Shown piece after piece: positions 1 through 12,235 of a DNA stretch of 64,000 bases; the stretch's first letter is position 1, and every line of letters begins with the position of its first letter. The DNA is from an uncultured bacterium (GTDB lineage: Bacteria > UBP7 > UBA6624), in assembly GCA_964012435.1 (NCBI GenBank), contig CAXGSM010000001.1, positions 1 to 64,000 of the forward strand, read 5' to 3'. Both the position numbers and the translations under genes were made by a program. The notes beneath the pieces are model-generated. The model searched no databases, was not told the origin of the DNA, and saw nothing but the letters and a program-made list of their open reading frames with translations.

Positions 1-549
1 ATAGAGCCTAGAAAAAAAGACAAAGATCAAGTTTTGGAATTAGAAGATCGTACAAAAGGTGGCTCTGTTCCAAAAGATTACCATAAGGCTGTTCTTCAAG
101 GAGTAAAAGAAGCAGCTCTTAATGGTTCTATCGCAGGTTACAAAGTTATAGATTTTCATCTTAAGCTCCTTGATGGTAGCTATCATGAAGTTGACTCATC
201 TGAAATTGCTTTTAAGATTGCTGCTGTAGATGCTTTCAGAAAGGCTTTTATGAAAGCGTCTCCTTTATTGCTTGAGCCCATTATGGATGCAGAGGTGATG
301 GTTAAAGAAGATCATGTTGGTGTTGTTCTTGGCGATTTAGAAAAAAGAAGAGGTCTTGTTTATGACACCAAGATACTAGATGACGGAACAAGAGTTATTA
401 AAGTGCATTTACCATTATCAGAGACATTTGGCTATACAACTGTTTTGAGAAATGTTACAAGTGGTACTGGTACATCAAGTATGGAATTTTTGAAATATGA
501 AAAAGTTCCTGAGCACGTTAAAGAAAAGATTTCACATTCAGCCAGTTAA
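1..549 (+). CDS. fusA: Elongation factor G family, C-terminal domains IV-V (5' truncated by window)
   Basis: Frame is open from base 1 (IEPRKKDKDQVLELEDR...). Motifs GYKVIDF..LLDGSYHEVDSSEIAFKIA, LLEPIM and PLSETFGY. Not followed by tuf, so it may be a paralogue. Confidence 0.9.
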   Translation: MEPRKKDKDQVLELEDRTKGGSVPKDYHKAVLQGVKEAALNGSIAGYKVIDFHLKLLDGSYHEVDSSEIAFKIAAVDAFRKAFMKASPLLLEPIMDAEVMVKEDHVGVVLGDLEKRRGLVYDTKILDDGTRVIKVHLPLSETFGYTTVLRNVTSGTGTSSMEFLKYEKVPEHVKEKISHSAS

Positions 550-586
550 TTTTTAAGTTATAAAAAATTGAATATAGAGTACCCTT

Positions 587-1492
587 ATGTTTTTAAACAT
601 CAAAACCAGAGCCTCTTTAGGGTTGGTGCTTGTTGGTTTGATATGGGGTTATGCTTTTGTTGTAATGAAGAATCAGTTGGATTCTTTTTCAGTTTTTGAG
701 TTATTGTTTTGGCGATTCTTAATCGCTTTCTTTGTTCTTGTTTTATGTTCTGGATTGCTTAGATTTTTTGATACAAATGATAAAAAAATATGGAAAGATG
801 GTCTGATTGCTGGCCTTTTATTGTTTGTGGGCTATGTTTTTCAAACTTTTGGATTGAAGTATACAAGCATTGTTAACTCTGGAATTATTACGGTTTTTTA
901 TGTTGTTTTTACACCATTGATTGCATTTTACTTAGATAAAAAAAATGTTTCTAAAAAGTCTTTTTTTGCTTGTTTTTTAGCATTTTTTGGTTTATTTTTT
1001 GTACTAGCAGAAGGTTTAAATTTTGATTCTTTATTTTCGAATAAAGGTGATTTTTTGACTCTAGGTTGCGCTGTTGCTTATGCAGGACATATTATTTACA
1101 TTGCTAAAAAATCTAAACTTTACAATGTTTTTAAATTTACCTCTATACAAATGTGTGCTATTTGTGTTTTTAGTTTTTTTTCGGCTTTTTTGTTTGATGG
1201 AAAGCTTTCTGTACCTGAGGTTTCTGACTGGTCTTCATTGATTTTTTTAGGTGTAGTTGTTAGTGCGATTACGTTTGTTTTGCAGGTTTGGGCACAAAGG
1301 ATTTTATCTTCTTCCAGTAGTGCAATTTTATTAACCCTTGAGGCTCCATTTGCTATATTTTTTGGAATGGTGCTTTTAGGAGACATCATGCTTCCACAAA
1401 AGTGGATTGGAGTAGGGATAGTAACAATATCTATTATTATGGTTTTATTAGAAGAATTTAAAATAGATAAGAAGATGTGTAAAAATGAATGA
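587..1492 (+). CDS. DMT/EamA family transporter
   Basis: About 10 hydrophobic segments in two repeats; LIWG, RFLIA, QTFGLKYT, LEAPFA motifs. Confidence 0.9.
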   Translation: MFLNIKTRASLGLVLVGLIWGYAFVVMKNQLDSFSVFELLFWRFLIAFFVLVLCSGLLRFFDTNDKKIWKDGLIAGLLLFVGYVFQTFGLKYTSIVNSGIITVFYVVFTPLIAFYLDKKNVSKKSFFACFLAFFGLFFVLAEGLNFDSLFSNKGDFLTLGCAVAYAGHIIYIAKKSKLYNVFKFTSIQMCAICVFSFFSAFLFDGKLSVPEVSDWSSLIFLGVVVSAITFVLQVWAQRILSSSSSAILLTLEAPFAIFFGMVLLGDIMLPQKWIGVGIVTISIIMVLLEEFKIDKKMCKNE

Positions 1493-2207
1493 AACTTTAG
1501 TAATACTTCCTTGCTTCAACGAGGCAGAAACAGCTCCAAACTTGATAAAAAAAATTCTGGAAAATAAAAAAATTGATGTGTTGGTTGTTGATGACAGGTC
1601 AGAGGATGGGACAGTAGCAAGAATAGAGGAAAGCATAAAGGATAAAAGGTTAAATATTTTAGTGAGATCAGATCAAAGATCATTTGCAAATTCTGAAATG
1701 GATGGTTTTAGGTTTGCTATAGAGAAAGGTTATAAGAATATTGTAACCATGGATGCAGATGGGTCCCATCCTCCTGAATACATTGATAAATTGCTATCCA
1801 AACTTAAAGAAAATGATTTAGTTATTGGGTCTAGATACATGCATGGCGTTAGTGTTGTAAATTGGCCAATACAAAGAATTGCAATATCTTTATTCGCTAA
1901 CTTCCTTGCAAGGAAAATGTTAAGAATCAACATATCTGATTTAACAAGCGGCTTTATGGCTATGAAAATTGATGTTCCTTTAAACTTAGAACTTTGCGCA
2001 ATTCAAACACAAGGTTATGGTTATCTTATTGAATACAAATGGAGATCTGCAAGAGCTGGCTTCAAGGTACAAGAGTCTCCAATCATTTTTATTGAAAGAA
2101 CAAAAGGTCAAAGCAAAATGAGTGCAAAGCATGCTCAAGAGGCATTTTGGATGCTTTGCCTCCTAACGATCAAAGAAAGATTTATAGGAAACAATGACGT
2201 TTGTTAA
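1485..2207 (+). CDS. Polyprenol monophosphomannose synthase-like GT2 glycosyltransferase (DPM1-like)
   Basis: ILPCFNEA, VVDDRSEDGT, MDADGSHPP, VIGSRY, DLTSGF, PIIFIERTKGQSKMS. Confidence 0.9.
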   Translation: MNETLVILPCFNEAETAPNLIKKILENKKIDVLVVDDRSEDGTVARIEESIKDKRLNILVRSDQRSFANSEMDGFRFAIEKGYKNIVTMDADGSHPPEYIDKLLSKLKENDLVIGSRYMHGVSVVNWPIQRIAISLFANFLARKMLRINISDLTSGFMAMKIDVPLNLELCAIQTQGYGYLIEYKWRSARAGFKVQESPIIFIERTKGQSKMSAKHAQEAFWMLCLLTIKERFIGNNDVC

Positions 2208-4973
2208 ATGAATAAAAATTTAAAATTTTGTATTTGTGTAGACATTGAATCCTATACAAGGATAAAAGAGAAAATTGGAGATGATGTCTGGAGAGCGTTA
2301 AAAGTTTATCAAGATTTTATTGAACAGTATATTAATTGGTTTAATGGAGAAAGCCTTTACTCTAAAGAGCAAAAAAATGTCATCCTTTTCAAGGATCCAT
2401 TTCAGGCTTTAAGGTTTGCAAATTCAATACAGGTAGGCTTATTTGAATTAGATTGGCCACAATCATTGATAAACACCGAGGAAGGTAGTGAAAATGAAAG
2501 CTATAGAGGGTTTAGGGTCAAGATTGGTATAGATTCTTCAGAAAAAAGTATTCAGGTATCTGAAGAGGTTTCTAAAATCTGCAACCCTGGACAAACCTTA
2601 GTCACAAAAGATTTCTTTTCTTTTGTAGAAAGCAGACTTTCAGAAGATTCTGTTTTTGAAGACAAGGGTTTTGTTTATGTTTTTGACGAAAAAGAAAAAA
2701 TTTTTCTTGTTCAGATTTTACCAAAAGTGCTTTCTCAAAGAAAATTCGATAGATTAAATCTTGATGAGGTGTCTAAAACAAACATAAAAGCGCATTCAGA
2801 AGGTTTTTTTGGAAGAGAGGATGAGATGAATCTTCTGCATAATCTTTTAGAAAAAAAAACTAGATTAATCAACATTTTTGGACCAGGTGGAACTGGCAAA
2901 ACAACTCTTGCTAAAGAATTTGCAATAAGAAATTTAAAAAAATTTCAAGTAAATGATGGAGTATGGTTTGTTGATTTGTCAAATTGTAAAGATATTGACT
3001 CGATATTCTCCTTGCTAAAGAAAATTTTTTCAATTTCAAATTTGAATTTAAATTCGGAGGAGGAGTGTTTTGAAGCCCTTTCTAGCCACTTCTCTCAGTT
3101 TGATGATGTTTTATTTGTTTTTGACAATGTAGAGCAGGTTTCGGAAGAGGTTGCAAGATTAGTTTTAAATGTTTTTTCACCTTTGCAAAATGTTTTTATA
3201 ATTTTAACAAGCAGAGATTTAATTAAGATTCAGCAGGAAAAGGTTTTGAGTCTTTTCCCATTAAACCCTTCTGATGCTTTTGACTTGTTCGTGGATCGAG
3301 CAAGGAAGATAGATTCTCGAGACTTTGATGATGGTGATTTTGACACAATTGAAAAGATAATTCAAAAAGTTGATTTTTCACCACTTGCAATCGAATTAGC
3401 GGCTTCAAGGGTTAACCTTCTTTCTTTGGGCAGCATTCTGCAGAGATTGCAAGAGAGCTTTAAGATATTGGCTAGCAAAAGACAAGATTTGCCCGACAGG
3501 CAAAAGACTCTTTTTGCAACAATCAATTGGTCTTGGGAGCTATTAGATGATGACGAAAAGAGCATGCTTGCTGCAATGGCTATTTTTAATTCAGACTCAA
3601 GTCTTGAGTTGGTCGAAAAATGTTTCGATTCTCATTTTGATTTTATGGCAATTGAGATCCTTCAATCCTTAAGAGAAAAAAGTTTAATTTGTGTGGAGGC
3701 ACACGAAAGCAATTTTGAAACAGTGAAAATTTATGAGTCCGTGAAAGAGTTTATTGGAGAGAAATTTGAAAATACTTTTTCAAACTCTCAGAAAGCTGAC
3801 TTAAAAAAGAGCTTTATTGGCTATTATTCAAAATTTAAAGAAAGAGATACGATTCAAAAAATATTTAGAGGTTCAAAATTTAAATTAAAAAGAGAGCAGT
3901 TTTTTTATGATTCAGGCAATTTAATGAAAGCATTTCAATATTCATGTGATTTAGGTAACGATCTGGAGATAAAAAGTGTTTCAACTATTTTATTGGAAAC
4001 TTTTTTCAGCCTAGGTTCACTCAAGCAGCTAGAAAAAACTTTCAATAAAGCGATCGAGAAAGAAAGTCTTTCAAAGTCCTCTAAAGCCTTAATCAATGAA
4101 CTTTATGCAATAGTTTCAATAAGGTTTAACCCTAGCAAGAAAACAGAATCAAGACTTCATTTTTGTTTGAATTTTTATGAGGAGAATGATGATTTTGAGG
4201 GACAAGTAAGAGTGCTTTCAAGCCTTGGGGATTTTAATATGGAATTTCATAATCATAAAGATTCTGAAAGATATTATTTGAAAGCTTTAGATGTCATTGG
4301 CAAAGAAGGCTTTGGCAATGAAAATGAAGGAGTTATTCTTGCAAATCTTGCTAATATGAACTTTAATGATGGAGATTTTGACCAGGCTCAAAAAAGATAT
4401 GCGAAAGCAATGGTTCTTTTTGAAGGTTTAGATAACTTCACAGGGATTGGTTTTTGTTCTACTTATCTTGGTTTCATAGCATTTTACAGAGATGATTTTA
4501 AGAATGCAGAGAAGTACTATTTAGAAGCTTTGAAGATGTATCAAGAAACCAAGGAAACCTTTCGTATCGCTTCTGTTTGTATAAGCTTAGGCGAACTGTT
4601 TTTGAAGTTAGAAAAATTAAAAGATGCTGAAGAATATTTAGTTCAAGCCGTAGAAATTTCAAACAGTATCGATATTGCTTGGATTAAAGGTAGGGCTAAT
4701 TGTTTTTATGCGGATTTATGTCTTGCAAAAAATGACATCCCTAATGTTGAAAAATATTTAAAAAAAGCAAAGCTTGTTTTCAAGGATTCAAAAGATGATT
4801 TTGGGCTAGCTAAAATGCTTTGTCATCAGTCTGAATTTGAATATCAAACTGGAAACAAGACTAATTCAAAAAAGTCTTTTTTGGAAGCAAGTGATATTGC
4901 AAAAAAATTAAAAATTAGTGAATTTACTGAGCTTGGTATCAAGATAAAAAAAATAAGTAATTATTTTTCTTGA
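2208..4973 (+). CDS. STAND (NB-ARC-like) ATPase with degenerate class III nucleotide cyclase-like N-terminus and C-terminal TPRs
   Basis: FFGREDE, Walker A GPGGTGKT, GVWFVDL, Walker B VFDNVE, LTSR, PLAIELAASR, RQKTLFATINWSWELL; TPR-like helices at C-terminus; N-terminal VDIESYT..RVKIGID..GQTLVT. Confidence 0.85.
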   Translation: MNKNLKFCICVDIESYTRIKEKIGDDVWRALKVYQDFIEQYINWFNGESLYSKEQKNVILFKDPFQALRFANSIQVGLFELDWPQSLINTEEGSENESYRGFRVKIGIDSSEKSIQVSEEVSKICNPGQTLVTKDFFSFVESRLSEDSVFEDKGFVYVFDEKEKIFLVQILPKVLSQRKFDRLNLDEVSKTNIKAHSEGFFGREDEMNLLHNLLEKKTRLINIFGPGGTGKTTLAKEFAIRNLKKFQVNDGVWFVDLSNCKDIDSIFSLLKKIFSISNLNLNSEEECFEALSSHFSQFDDVLFVFDNVEQVSEEVARLVLNVFSPLQNVFIILTSRDLIKIQQEKVLSLFPLNPSDAFDLFVDRARKIDSRDFDDGDFDTIEKIIQKVDFSPLAIELAASRVNLLSLGSILQRLQESFKILASKRQDLPDRQKTLFATINWSWELLDDDEKSMLAAMAIFNSDSSLELVEKCFDSHFDFMAIEILQSLREKSLICVEAHESNFETVKIYESVKEFIGEKFENTFSNSQKADLKKSFIGYYSKFKERDTIQKIFRGSKFKLKREQFFYDSGNLMKAFQYSCDLGNDLEIKSVSTILLETFFSLGSLKQLEKTFNKAIEKESLSKSSKALINELYAIVSIRFNPSKKTESRLHFCLNFYEENDDFEGQVRVLSSLGDFNMEFHNHKDSERYYLKALDVIGKEGFGNENEGVILANLANMNFNDGDFDQAQKRYAKAMVLFEGLDNFTGIGFCSTYLGFIAFYRDDFKNAEKYYLEALKMYQETKETFRIASVCISLGELFLKLEKLKDAEEYLVQAVEISNSIDIAWIKGRANCFYADLCLAKNDIPNVEKYLKKAKLVFKDSKDDFGLAKMLCHQSEFEYQTGNKTNSKKSFLEASDIAKKLKISEFTELGIKIKKISNYFS

Positions 4974-6418
4974 TTTTTTATACTTGCATACTCATAGAGA
5001 AACACTCTTCTGCCTATTTTTTCTTTTATCATTTTTAAACTTTTACATTCTTTTAAGTTTTGAATAATTCCACCTGATGGAGTGGGGTCAAAAGATCCAG
5101 ATATAAAAAAGCTATCTGTATCCTTTTGGGATGCATCACATATTTTTTTTGCAAGTTTTTGACCATAGTTTTCTTCATCTTCATAATGGGAATAAGTTAA
5201 TTCGTAATCTTTTTTGCTTTTGTTTTCTAAAATAAACTTCAAAGGGTAAATATCAAAAGGTGTATTAGCAAAAATGATTTTTTCTTTGGCTTCTTTGACA
5301 AGATTCCACTCCTGATGAGAGTAATAAGATATTTGTAATGAGATATAAGATAAAACAAGTACAAGAGGATAAAATCCAATTTGATTTTTTTTATCAGCTT
5401 TGTCTAAGCTTTGTGCAATTAAGATTATTATTGCAGGAATGCTTGGTAAAAACCAATACTCTTCCCAGACCTCCAATCCCATAAAACTGAAAAGCATTGC
5501 TAGGAATGGTATTGAAAATGCTTCAAAGATAAGTGATTTATTTTTTTTATTCATAGATTTCACAAGTAAAAATGACATTATTCCAGTTGTAAAAATACAA
5601 AGAATCAAATCTTTATTTTCCATTCCAAAATTTTCTAAAAATATTGTTTGACCTGTAAATATTGAAATTAAACCTCTAGGGATTCTTGTCAGGGTTATGT
5701 CCTGTATCATCTCATTGCCTCTGTCCAATTGGATTATGAATTTTGGAAGCCATGGAATAAATAAGAGTATTGTGGGGATTATTGCAAGAAGGTATTTTTT
5801 TGTTTTTTTGATTGAAGCGGAATACAAAAAAAGACCTCCAAGTATCAAGAATCCATAGTAATGCGTATAAAGCATTCCTGTAGTTGATATCGTGAATATG
5901 ATTTTGTCTTTCATGTTGATATTTTTGTCTTTTTTTTGTTGATTTTCTTTGAGTATTTTTTTGATTTTTCTCCAAGCTATAAAACTGAAAAGAAGCAAGA
6001 GGGTGTAGCCTCTACCTGTTCTCGCTGCCTCTATTGCTGATGGGCTAACCATCCATAATATTAAAAAAATTTGAGGGATGTTGTTTTTTTCTTTTGACTT
6101 CAAGAATCTATATGCAAATAATATGAATATCAATTCAAATATTAGAGAAGGTATCCTGGCAGAAATTTCATTCTGAAAGCCTAATTCTGTAGAAAGATAA
6201 CTGAAAGGAGATTGTGCAATGTAGTATAACGGTGGATTGAAATCTATTTGCCAGAGCCATCTCCATTCTCCTTCAATTATTGATCTGCTCCAATATTGTG
6301 TAAATGCCTCATCTGCCCATAAGGGATTTTCGGTAAATTGGAACACTCTTAAAAACACCCCAACGGCTAAAAAAAGATAAAAAAGACTTTTGTTGATTTT
6401 GCTCTGGCTTTTATTCAT
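4961..6418 (-). CDS. GT-C fold membrane glycosyltransferase (family 39/PMT-like)
   Basis: LWADEA, NPPLYY, ARIPS, RGYTL, YTHYYG motifs and many TM segments. Start set to ATG 6418 to avoid overlapping the divergent gene. Confidence 0.8.
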   Translation of the reverse strand: MNKSQSKINKSLFYLFLAVGVFLRVFQFTENPLWADEAFTQYWSRSIIEGEWRWLWQIDFNPPLYYIAQSPFSYLSTELGFQNEISARIPSLIFELIFILFAYRFLKSKEKNNIPQIFLILWMVSPSAIEAARTGRGYTLLLLFSFIAWRKIKKILKENQQKKDKNINMKDKIIFTISTTGMLYTHYYGFLILGGLFLYSASIKKTKKYLLAIIPTILLFIPWLPKFIIQLDRGNEMIQDITLTRIPRGLISIFTGQTIFLENFGMENKDLILCIFTTGIMSFLLVKSMNKKNKSLIFEAFSIPFLAMLFSFMGLEVWEEYWFLPSIPAIIILIAQSLDKADKKNQIGFYPLVLVLSYISLQISYYSHQEWNLVKEAKEKIIFANTPFDIYPLKFILENKSKKDYELTYSHYEDEENYGQKLAKKICDASQKDTDSFFISGSFDPTPSGGIIQNLKECKSLKMIKEKIGRRVFLYEYASIKNQEK

Positions 6419-6449
6419 TATTGTTTTTTTAATAGTATAGTATGACGCT

Positions 6450-7955
6450 ATGTTTTTGATTATTTTTAGCTCTTTAATTGTTGATTTGCAGTATAGCCGT
6501 ACTACATATGACTTTGCTGCTGGTCTTACAGCTCCCAGCATGGACACTCAACTAAAGAAGGCACGTGTTGAGTTTTTGCACACAGATGATGATTTTGAAT
6601 ATTATTTAGAAGAAGAAGGGGGGCTCAGTACTAAGTTGGTTTGCCCTAAAGAACATTATGAATTTTTTATAAACAGTGGCAGCCTTCATGAATCCTGCAA
6701 GGTTTACAGCTTGAATGGTGAGGAAGAATTGCCTATTGATTCTGGATTTGAATATGAGCAAGCATCATTCCCCTTCAACCTGCTTAAGCTTTCAGATTTT
6801 AAATCAACTAAAGAAAATGAAGAGTCTGTTTTTTTACATGGTATTAATTTTTCAGAAATCAGTGATGATGGTATTTGGCACACTTCTTTAAAGGGTGAGG
6901 TAATCACTTCAAGTCAAGGTTTTCCAATGATTGGAGCAAGAGTTTTCTCAAGGATAAACAAGCCAGTTAATGTTTTGCAGGAGGTACTTGTAACCATTGA
7001 AGATTCAGAAAATTTAGTTTTTAGTGATTCTATTTACATGAATCCTATTTTGGAGATTGAGACTAATTATGGTAATTATTTTGTCGAATTATTTTTCGAT
7101 AGGGCTCCTGAAACTTCTCAGAATTTTTTGGAACTTTCAAGACGTGGATTTTTCGATGGCACTATATGCCATCGAATTATTCTTGGCTTTGTGAATCAAT
7201 GCGGCGATTTAACTGGTACGGGCTGGGGCGGACCTGGGTATGAATTCGACAATGAAGTGCATCCCGATCTTAAACATGCTCCCTATGTTCTCTCTATGGC
7301 AAATGCCGGACCTGACACTAATGGTAGTCAATGGTTTATTCCAATTGAGGACACAGAGAGGGTTAGGAAGCTTGATGGTAATTATTCTATTTTTGGAGAG
7401 GTTATTTCAGGTTTTGAGGTTGTTGATTTGATAAATTCTGTTAAGGTCAATAATGAAGATAATCATCGGCCTATTAAGCCAGTCATTATTAAGCAAGTCA
7501 GTGAAATTTTTCCTTGGTTAGGATCTTCGCTTGATTTAGGCCACAAGGCCTCCCCGGTTGATTTTTTAGATAGTTTTTTAATTGATGGAGAGGTGCAGAT
7601 TGCTCAAATAGGGAATGTAGATCTTGAAGATATAGAGGTTGAAGTTCAGAAGGAGCTTTATGGCAATTCTTTTGAAATTTCAGGTTTTGTTGTTTTAAAA
7701 ATTATTGTAGGGGAAAATATTACAAATCATTATTTTCTTATAGATGAGAGTGGTGATTTGGTTATGGCTATAGACCTTATGGGAAATCGCTATGAGTCTG
7801 CAGGGCTATATGAAGATGGTATTTGGAATTTTAGTTTTGACGATCTTGGATTCAATTGGCAAATTTGGATGGTACCTGAAAAAGAGATGTATTTTTCTGT
7901 AAAAGATAGCAATAATGTTTTCAGTTGGGGGATGGTTAGATATGTTAACGAGTAG
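6450..7955 (+). CDS. Cyclophilin-type peptidyl-prolyl isomerase with long unrecognised N- and C-terminal regions
   Basis: Central APETSQNF..HRII.GFVNQCGD.TGTGWGGPGY..LSMANAGPDTNGSQWF..YSIFGEV. Confidence 0.88.
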   Translation: MFLIIFSSLIVDLQYSRTTYDFAAGLTAPSMDTQLKKARVEFLHTDDDFEYYLEEEGGLSTKLVCPKEHYEFFINSGSLHESCKVYSLNGEEELPIDSGFEYEQASFPFNLLKLSDFKSTKENEESVFLHGINFSEISDDGIWHTSLKGEVITSSQGFPMIGARVFSRINKPVNVLQEVLVTIEDSENLVFSDSIYMNPILEIETNYGNYFVELFFDRAPETSQNFLELSRRGFFDGTICHRIILGFVNQCGDLTGTGWGGPGYEFDNEVHPDLKHAPYVLSMANAGPDTNGSQWFIPIEDTERVRKLDGNYSIFGEVISGFEVVDLINSVKVNNEDNHRPIKPVIIKQVSEIFPWLGSSLDLGHKASPVDFLDSFLIDGEVQIAQIGNVDLEDIEVEVQKELYGNSFEISGFVVLKIIVGENITNHYFLIDESGDLVMAIDLMGNRYESAGLYEDGIWNFSFDDLGFNWQIWMVPEKEMYFSVKDSNNVFSWGMVRYVNE

Positions 7956-7965
7956 AATCGAATTT

Positions 7966-8862
7966 ATGAAAAAATTTTTTTTAGTCTTGCTGCCAATGAT
8001 TTTTTTTGGCTGCAAGCCAAGCGTTAATGACGAAGGGGCTTCCCAGGTTCAAGTAAGAGAAGTTCAGGTTCCAGATGCAAGCATTGAGGAAGAAGAAAAA
8101 GGAGTAGAGGTTATGAGTGAGAATAATCCAATAGCAAGAATTAATACAAACATGGGAGAGATCGTTATTGAGCTGTATGAAGATGCAGCACCAAATACGG
8201 TTGCAAATTTTGTTTCTCTTGCAGAGTCAGGCTTTTATAAGGATGTGATTTTTCACAGAATCATCAAAGGTTTTATGGCACAGGGTGGGGATCCAACTGG
8301 AACAGGAACTGGCGGTCCTGGCTACAGATTTGCTGATGAGATTAACGCTATAGCATTAGGCCTTGATAAAGAGAAAGAAATTGGACAAAGTCAAATGCAG
8401 GCTGCACAAAGAGAGGTTTTTCAAAAATATGGAGTGGATTCTCAGGAAAAACTTAATGAGCTTGTCGCTGAAATTGGTGAAGAGAAGCTTATGAAAGAGA
8501 TCATGGATGCTGCAAATGCTTTAGCGACAGGTGAATCCAAAATGGATGGATTGGTATCTGATGGTTACTCTTTTGATGACTCCTTACCTTCTGTCGCCGT
8601 TGCATATGGAACAATAGCAATGGCAAATGCTGGCCCAAACACAAATGGAAGTCAGTTCTTCATCAATCACAAAGATAATTTTTTCCTTAACGGAAAACAT
8701 ACTGCTTTTGGCATGGTTATTGAAGGCATGGATGTTATTGATAGGATTTGCAACCTTCCTACAGACGGAAGAGATAGACCCGTTGAGGATGTCAAAATGC
8801 AGGAAGTGACTATCGAGAATAAAAGAGACCATGATTACACTGTAGTCAAAATAGAAGACTAA
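7966..8862 (+). CDS. Cyclophilin-type PPIase, predicted lipoprotein, with internal insertion
   Basis: MKKFFLVLLPMIFFGC signal/lipobox; APNTVANF, FHRIIKGFMAQGGDPTGTG, AMANAGPNTNGSQFF, HTAFG. Confidence 0.92.
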   Translation: MKKFFLVLLPMIFFGCKPSVNDEGASQVQVREVQVPDASIEEEEKGVEVMSENNPIARINTNMGEIVIELYEDAAPNTVANFVSLAESGFYKDVIFHRIIKGFMAQGGDPTGTGTGGPGYRFADEINAIALGLDKEKEIGQSQMQAAQREVFQKYGVDSQEKLNELVAEIGEEKLMKEIMDAANALATGESKMDGLVSDGYSFDDSLPSVAVAYGTIAMANAGPNTNGSQFFINHKDNFFLNGKHTAFGMVIEGMDVIDRICNLPTDGRDRPVEDVKMQEVTIENKRDHDYTVVKIED

Positions 8863-8875
8863 CTATAGTTTTTTT

Positions 8876-8946
8876 TGGGGAATCGTCTAAGGGCAAGACA
8901 CCGGTCTCTGGAACCGGGAATCTAGGTTCGAATCCTAGTTCCCCAG
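8876..8946 (+). tRNA. tRNA-Gln (anticodon CTG), CCA not encoded
   Basis: Acceptor stem TGGGGAA/TTCCCCA; anticodon arm CCGGT-CTCTGGA-ACCGG; T arm CTAGG-TTCGAAT-CCTAG. Confidence 0.96.
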
Positions 8947-9585
8947 TTTCTTGAAGCCGGGAGTGTTTTCTGGTCTTGCATATTCGTATTCATGTGTTTT
9001 CTCTAGTTTGTAATACTGATTCAGTCCTCCTATTCCGCAGATGTTTCCTTTTTCAAGGTTTATATATCCACGATCATCAATAATTAAATCAGAAATGGAA
9101 AGGATTTTTATTTCTCCTATTATCAATATTGTTTGATTTTTTTCTATCTTCACACTTTCGAGATGTCGCATACCTATTTTTATGGGACTGGTTTTGACAA
9201 ATGGTACTGGGAATTCAGAAAGATATTCTGGTTCTAAGTTGCATCTTTCAAACTCATCAATATCATCTTCAAATTTGGCTGATGTGTAATGAGCTCTTTT
9301 AGCTATATCGTTAGTAATTGAGTTAATCGTGTAAAAGCCGTTTTCCTCTATATTTTCTAAAGTATGTCTTCTAATCTCTGCTGTTGGCCTCGATATAAAA
9401 CCAATTAATCCAGGATCGCTTCCTAGATGCACTATTGAACTCATGATTGCACAGTTCTGAATTTCATGTTTTTTATTTAGAGTCCCAATTAAATTTGCTG
9501 GCTTTACTCCAGTTATCCCATTTATGATGTTAAGCCTTTTTATTCGATCCATTTTTTTTAAGTCTTTATTGTTGTATTTTGGCAT
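8935..9585 (-). CDS. Flavin reductase (DIM6/NTAB) family protein
   Basis: GVKPANLIGT, SSIVHLGSDP, RHTLENI, AHYTSAKF, PVPFVK. Confidence 0.85.
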   Translation of the reverse strand: MPKYNNKDLKKMDRIKRLNIINGITGVKPANLIGTLNKKHEIQNCAIMSSIVHLGSDPGLIGFISRPTAEIRRHTLENIEENGFYTINSITNDIAKRAHYTSAKFEDDIDEFERCNLEPEYLSEFPVPFVKTSPIKIGMRHLESVKIEKNQTILIIGEIKILSISDLIIDDRGYINLEKGNICGIGGLNQYYKLEKTHEYEYARPENTPGFKKLGN

Positions 9586-9588
9586 TTT

Positions 9589-12188
<2,600 letters not shown>

Positions 12189-12235
12189 CATTAGCGATTC
12201 TAAAACAAAAGATTTGAGCTATGATTTTATTCGTC

